Source of the DNA: Diplonema japonicum
Lineage: Eukaryota; Protista; Euglenozoa: Diplonemea
Direction: 5' to 3'
DNA length: 64,000 nt
Assembly (NCBI GenBank): GCA_964019335.1
Contig: OZ025758.1
Coordinates: 145,183 to 209,182 of the forward strand
Shown here: positions 60,576 through 64,000 of the stretch, in pieces
Layout of the letters: each line of letters begins with the position of its first letter
Numbering within the stretch: position 1 is the stretch's first letter
Notes under the pieces: model-generated
Database searches by the model: none
Told to the model about the DNA's origin: nothing
What the model saw: only the letters and a program-made list of their open reading frames with translations
Made by a program: the position numbers and the translations under genes

Positions 60576-63500
60576 TCAGTTTTCGCATACCGAGCTTTTT
60601 GTTTGTGGTGAAAGAATTTTGATCAGCCTTGCTGCGGGAATCTCGCTTCCGGGTATGCTGGAAGCGGTGTGCGCAAACTTCAAAGCCTCTGCAACCATAT
60701 GTCGACCGTAATATCGATATGCCATCGTGATCGCTTCTTTCCTGCTCTCCAGCTCTTCCATTTGGTACATCCACTCCTCCTCCCTCGCGGTGTTGAAGCT
60801 AATGTGGTACACGAGCACCATGTCCCTCAGCGGGAATGTCTTCCCGCAGCAGGTCGTCACACCGGTGATATCGACCCAGTCTACGGGTTGGGTCTGAAAT
60901 GACTCCAACCCTCTGCATCCAGGTGTTACCAACGAGCAGGAATAATGCACAGCTGTTTTAAGCAGAGTATCTACACAACCCCCGTGTGGATGGATAATGG
61001 AAGGAGCTTTCTTTGATGTACACCCCAACACACCCCCCCACGACAAACTTCGAGTAATTGCCATAACCGTCTTGAACCCAGCGTCGTCGAGGCACGACTG
61101 GATCTTGATGGCACTCTCCACCACTCTTGTGAATCTACAGACACCGAGATATCCCCATGCAACGGATAGCTCAGATATCCCAAAATCTTGTTTTATAATA
61201 GTGGCCTTGAGGCCGCTTGTAACACCGAGGAATGTTGCGAGAAACCTCGAAAATGTTGCTTTGATGTTCCCCACCGCCACTCCAGCAGTGTCCAACAGTA
61301 GGGAGTGCCATGAGAACGACTCAACAAGACGGACAGTCAGCACTGCGATTTCACGGAGGCATGGGTTTGTAGCTCCCGACGACGTAAGGCTCCACATTGT
61401 CCGTGACATTTTTGTGGCCCGGCGTTCTAAAGCAAATGTTGTCCTTGAAATCGACGAGACTGATGGGATGGGGTTGGACTCCGCCGACGAACTCGAGCTC
61501 AACTGCTCCTCTATTTCTTGCACGAGCACACCGCTCGGCATGAATGTTCTCAAGTGTTTTAGCTCCCTTACCAGGGTGTACAGGGTGCCGTGTAAGTCAT
61601 GCACCTCTCCGATAACAGAGACTCGTCGCACTTCGTCCTCAGGAAACACCATTTTCCCTGCATCTCGTAGATCCTGACTCACCTCTCTCAATGGCCTTAA
61701 TATCATCCTCAATACGGCCCATGTCATGAACAGGCTGGCCACCAAGACGCCGATGGAAAGCGCTGCAGATATCCATAGCATATCGCGGCTTCCGTTTTCG
61801 GCCTCTTCTGTAGCTTTGTTGATCTCGCCGAACAAGTCTGTTCTCGGGACCACCACCACGAAGGCCCAGGACAGGCCGTATCTATCGGTGATCGTGCGTG
61901 TCTTAACGACGACCTGTTCGGTAGAAAAACCCGTCATTTTGCTGGCATTATTTGCGTCACCATCACCATCACCATCTGTGTTGGTGTCGCCATCAGTGGC
62001 GTCAGTCCCTGCATCAGTGTCGCCATCGGTATCAGTCCCTGCATCGGTGTCGCCACCATCACCATCTGTGTTGGTGTCGCCATCAGTGTCGCCACCGGTA
62101 TCAGTCCCTGCAGTACCGCCATCAGTGTCTTCTCCTGCATCGTTGTCATCTCCATTGCTTGTGTCTGCATCGGTGTCGCCACCATCACCATCTGTGTTGG
62201 TGTCGCCATCGGTATCAGTCCCTGCATCAGTACCGCCATCAGCATCGTTGTCATCTCCATTGCTTGTGTCTGTATCTGCCGTTTTGGTGTTGCAGTTGAC
62301 CACTGGCTCGGAGTACTCTGCCCTGCACCCCTTCTCACAGGAAATCGTGTGTTGAGTGGTTGTGTCCCACGAGTCCTGTGTTTCGAGGAAACGGACGGCT
62401 GACCGGAGAGCAGGGTCAGGGTTGTCACTCGCACGCCGAGGGACCTTGATGCAGTAGTCATAGTGGGTGAGGGAGTGTGCCACCTCCGCATGGGTTGGGG
62501 TGTCGATGATGATCCCCTTGGCGTTGGGGGATATACGCGTAATTTGCTTGCGGAGGTATCTTGAAAAGAACTCGACCTCCACGTCCACTACTGCAAGGAA
62601 CACACTTTCCTTGTCCCACGGAACGGCCACCCGTTGCACCATAGGCTTCACAAGCTTCATTATACACTCCTGGTAAAACATTGGGGCCCATGATGGTACT
62701 TCGGGGTCTTTGATGGCCGTGCCGATTTTGTACCAATCTGTTTCTTTTACGTTCCAGTTTGGTTTCATAAGGGTAGGGATTGGGCTGAGCCAGTCTGCGG
62801 AACTTGATGTGTTCTTTGGGTACATCAACAAGTTGAAATTTGTGAATATGGATGATTCGCCCCATAGAAAGGTTTCCGGCCCGTTTACCCAACCGTGAGG
62901 GGTCGTCATAGCAGCAAGATGTGCTGTTCCATTGTTACCAGCCTCACTGTTTGCAATCGTAAAGTAAGTCGAGACGGTCCCGTCCAGACGAGGATGCACG
63001 GAAAACGCGAGAACGGTTTCCAACACAATATTTCTAATGGATAGTTCCCGTGGGTTGGATGCTGTCCACGCCACCGGTAAGTTCTTCACCTTTTGCTTAA
63101 TCCCGGCCAACAAGATCAACGGGGAGGTGGTGAAATCACTCGCTGCTTCCACAAAAGCACTCATACTAGCCTCAGTAAGACCACCCCAAAGCGTATCAAG
63201 GTTTGCCGAAGCAGTATCGCTGATCCGGTCTCGAGCATGCTTGTCACCTATCACTATTGCTCCCATGGTTACAGATACAGAAATAACCATCCCGATTGTG
63301 AAGACACACATTAGGATTAGTTGCAGGCCTACCTTGACCTGTTTTTCTTGGGGTTCGTTTTCTTCTGGCATTGCAGTGCATGTTTCCTTTTCACCCATAT
63401 ACATGCTGTTGGTGTCGAGCGAAATGCAAGTGTGTTTCCTGAACGCGTCCTTGTCACTCAAGTGGGTACTCTGATACTCCAGCGATGCTGTTGTGTGCTT

Positions 63501-63629
63501 CCTGCTCGCATCCTTGTCATGTACACTCTGGAAGTTACACATCTCTAGTGAGGAAGCCGTAGTAGTTTTCCTCATCATTGACTCTATATCGAGAACATTT
63601 CCAAAACTCTGTTTCCCCGGTTCGAGCAT
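60576..63629 (-). CDS. Two-TM receptor: Cache-like ectodomain, HAMP-like segment, degenerate class III nucleotide-cyclase-like domain
   Basis: Two TMs; WNVKETDWY and WAFVVVVPRTD (Cache-like); ILRPLREV (HAMP-like); LRTFMP linker; C-terminal EEWMYQ. Confidence 0.75.
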   Translation of the reverse strand: MLEPGKQSFGNVLDIESMMRKTTTASSLEMCNFQSVHDKDASRKHTTASLEYQSTHLSDKDAFRKHTCISLDTNSMYMGEKETCTAMPEENEPQEKQVKVGLQLILMCVFTIGMVISVSVTMGAIVIGDKHARDRISDTASANLDTLWGGLTEASMSAFVEAASDFTTSPLILLAGIKQKVKNLPVAWTASNPRELSIRNIVLETVLAFSVHPRLDGTVSTYFTIANSEAGNNGTAHLAAMTTPHGWVNGPETFLWGESSIFTNFNLLMYPKNTSSSADWLSPIPTLMKPNWNVKETDWYKIGTAIKDPEVPSWAPMFYQECIMKLVKPMVQRVAVPWDKESVFLAVVDVEVEFFSRYLRKQITRISPNAKGIIIDTPTHAEVAHSLTHYDYCIKVPRRASDNPDPALRSAVRFLETQDSWDTTTQHTISCEKGCRAEYSEPVVNCNTKTADTDTSNGDDNDADGGTDAGTDTDGDTNTDGDGGDTDADTSNGDDNDAGEDTDGGTAGTDTGGDTDGDTNTDGDGGDTDAGTDTDGDTDAGTDATDGDTNTDGDGDGDANNASKMTGFSTEQVVVKTRTITDRYGLSWAFVVVVPRTDLFGEINKATEEAENGSRDMLWISAALSIGVLVASLFMTWAVLRMILRPLREVSQDLRDAGKMVFPEDEVRRVSVIGEVHDLHGTLYTLVRELKHLRTFMPSGVLVQEIEEQLSSSSSAESNPIPSVSSISRTTFALERRATKMSRTMWSLTSSGATNPCLREIAVLTVRLVESFSWHSLLLDTAGVAVGNIKATFSRFLATFLGVTSGLKATIIKQDFGISELSVAWGYLGVCRFTRVVESAIKIQSCLDDAGFKTVMAITRSLSWGGVLGCTSKKAPSIIHPHGGCVDTLLKTAVHYSCSLVTPGCRGLESFQTQPVDWVDITGVTTCCGKTFPLRDMVLVYHISFNTAREEEWMYQMEELESRKEAITMAYRYYGRHMVAEALKFAHTASSIPGSEIPAARLIKILSPQTKSSVCEN
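61950..62280 (-). repeat. In-frame Asp/Gly/Thr low-complexity repeat (DTDGDTNTDGDGG)
   Basis: Repeated ccatcaccatctgtgttggtgtcgccatc units within the ectodomain. Confidence 0.9.
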
Positions 63630-64000
63630 AATTTATATTTTCCCTCCTCGTTTCATGCCATTTTTTTTTTTTTTTTGTGTATTCCCTTTTTTTTTTTTTT
63701 TTTTTTTTTTTTGGGAGGGAGGTGCGTGTGTGTTACAATTTTTTTAGGAGCTTGCAAAAATAATTCTTTATGACTATATGTCTTTGTTGTTCGCACGAGC
63801 AAAAAAGGTTTTTTAAAAAGCTGCGAAAGTTTTTTGCTCGGCACAAGTTGTCATATAGTTATAAAATCATTTTTTTGAAAGATAAATATTTGTAACAAAA
63901 AAAAAGAAGAAAATATAGTTGTATTTCATTTTTTTTTCTTGGTTTCTTCCACAGTAGGGGAAGGTGTCGAGGCAGGGTCAGATGCGGTGGAGGTACGTGC

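Overview
Eukaryotic nuclear DNA, most likely from a diplonemid (Euglenozoa). This is an inference from a 39-nt euglenozoan spliced-leader (SL) sequence at 41504-41542, kinetoplastid-like MAT and SelK proteins, and short GT-AG cis-introns. All ~21 credible genes and the one tRNA lie on the minus strand, consistent with a polycistronic, trans-spliced cluster. From 1 to 25 kb the genes are GC-rich. They are a >3700-aa secreted lectin/5x vWA/Cys-rich protein that the ORF track misses, an ankyrin gene, a GbpA-like AA10 LPMO fused to two CBM1-like modules, MetE, a bacterial-type beta-helix protein and MAT. The rest holds a C-type lectin receptor, selenoprotein K with an in-frame UGA, ALAS with a tRNA-Arg(CCT) in intron 2, an ~82-unit charged-repeat surface protein, a repeat-rich gap (39-43 kb), and METTL9-like, NDH-2, DPH7, COMMD5-like, Rap-GAP-domain, Mid1-like, DHHC and pseudo-cyclase genes. 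Best candidate for an undescribed system: SL-tagged mRNA recycling. The intronless ankyrin gene has a relic SL 14 nt before its ATG and sits between ~270-bp direct repeats that duplicate an intergenic processing region. A second, full-length SL heads a short A-tailed non-coding segment. Family calls come from motif recognition by eye; no searches were run.
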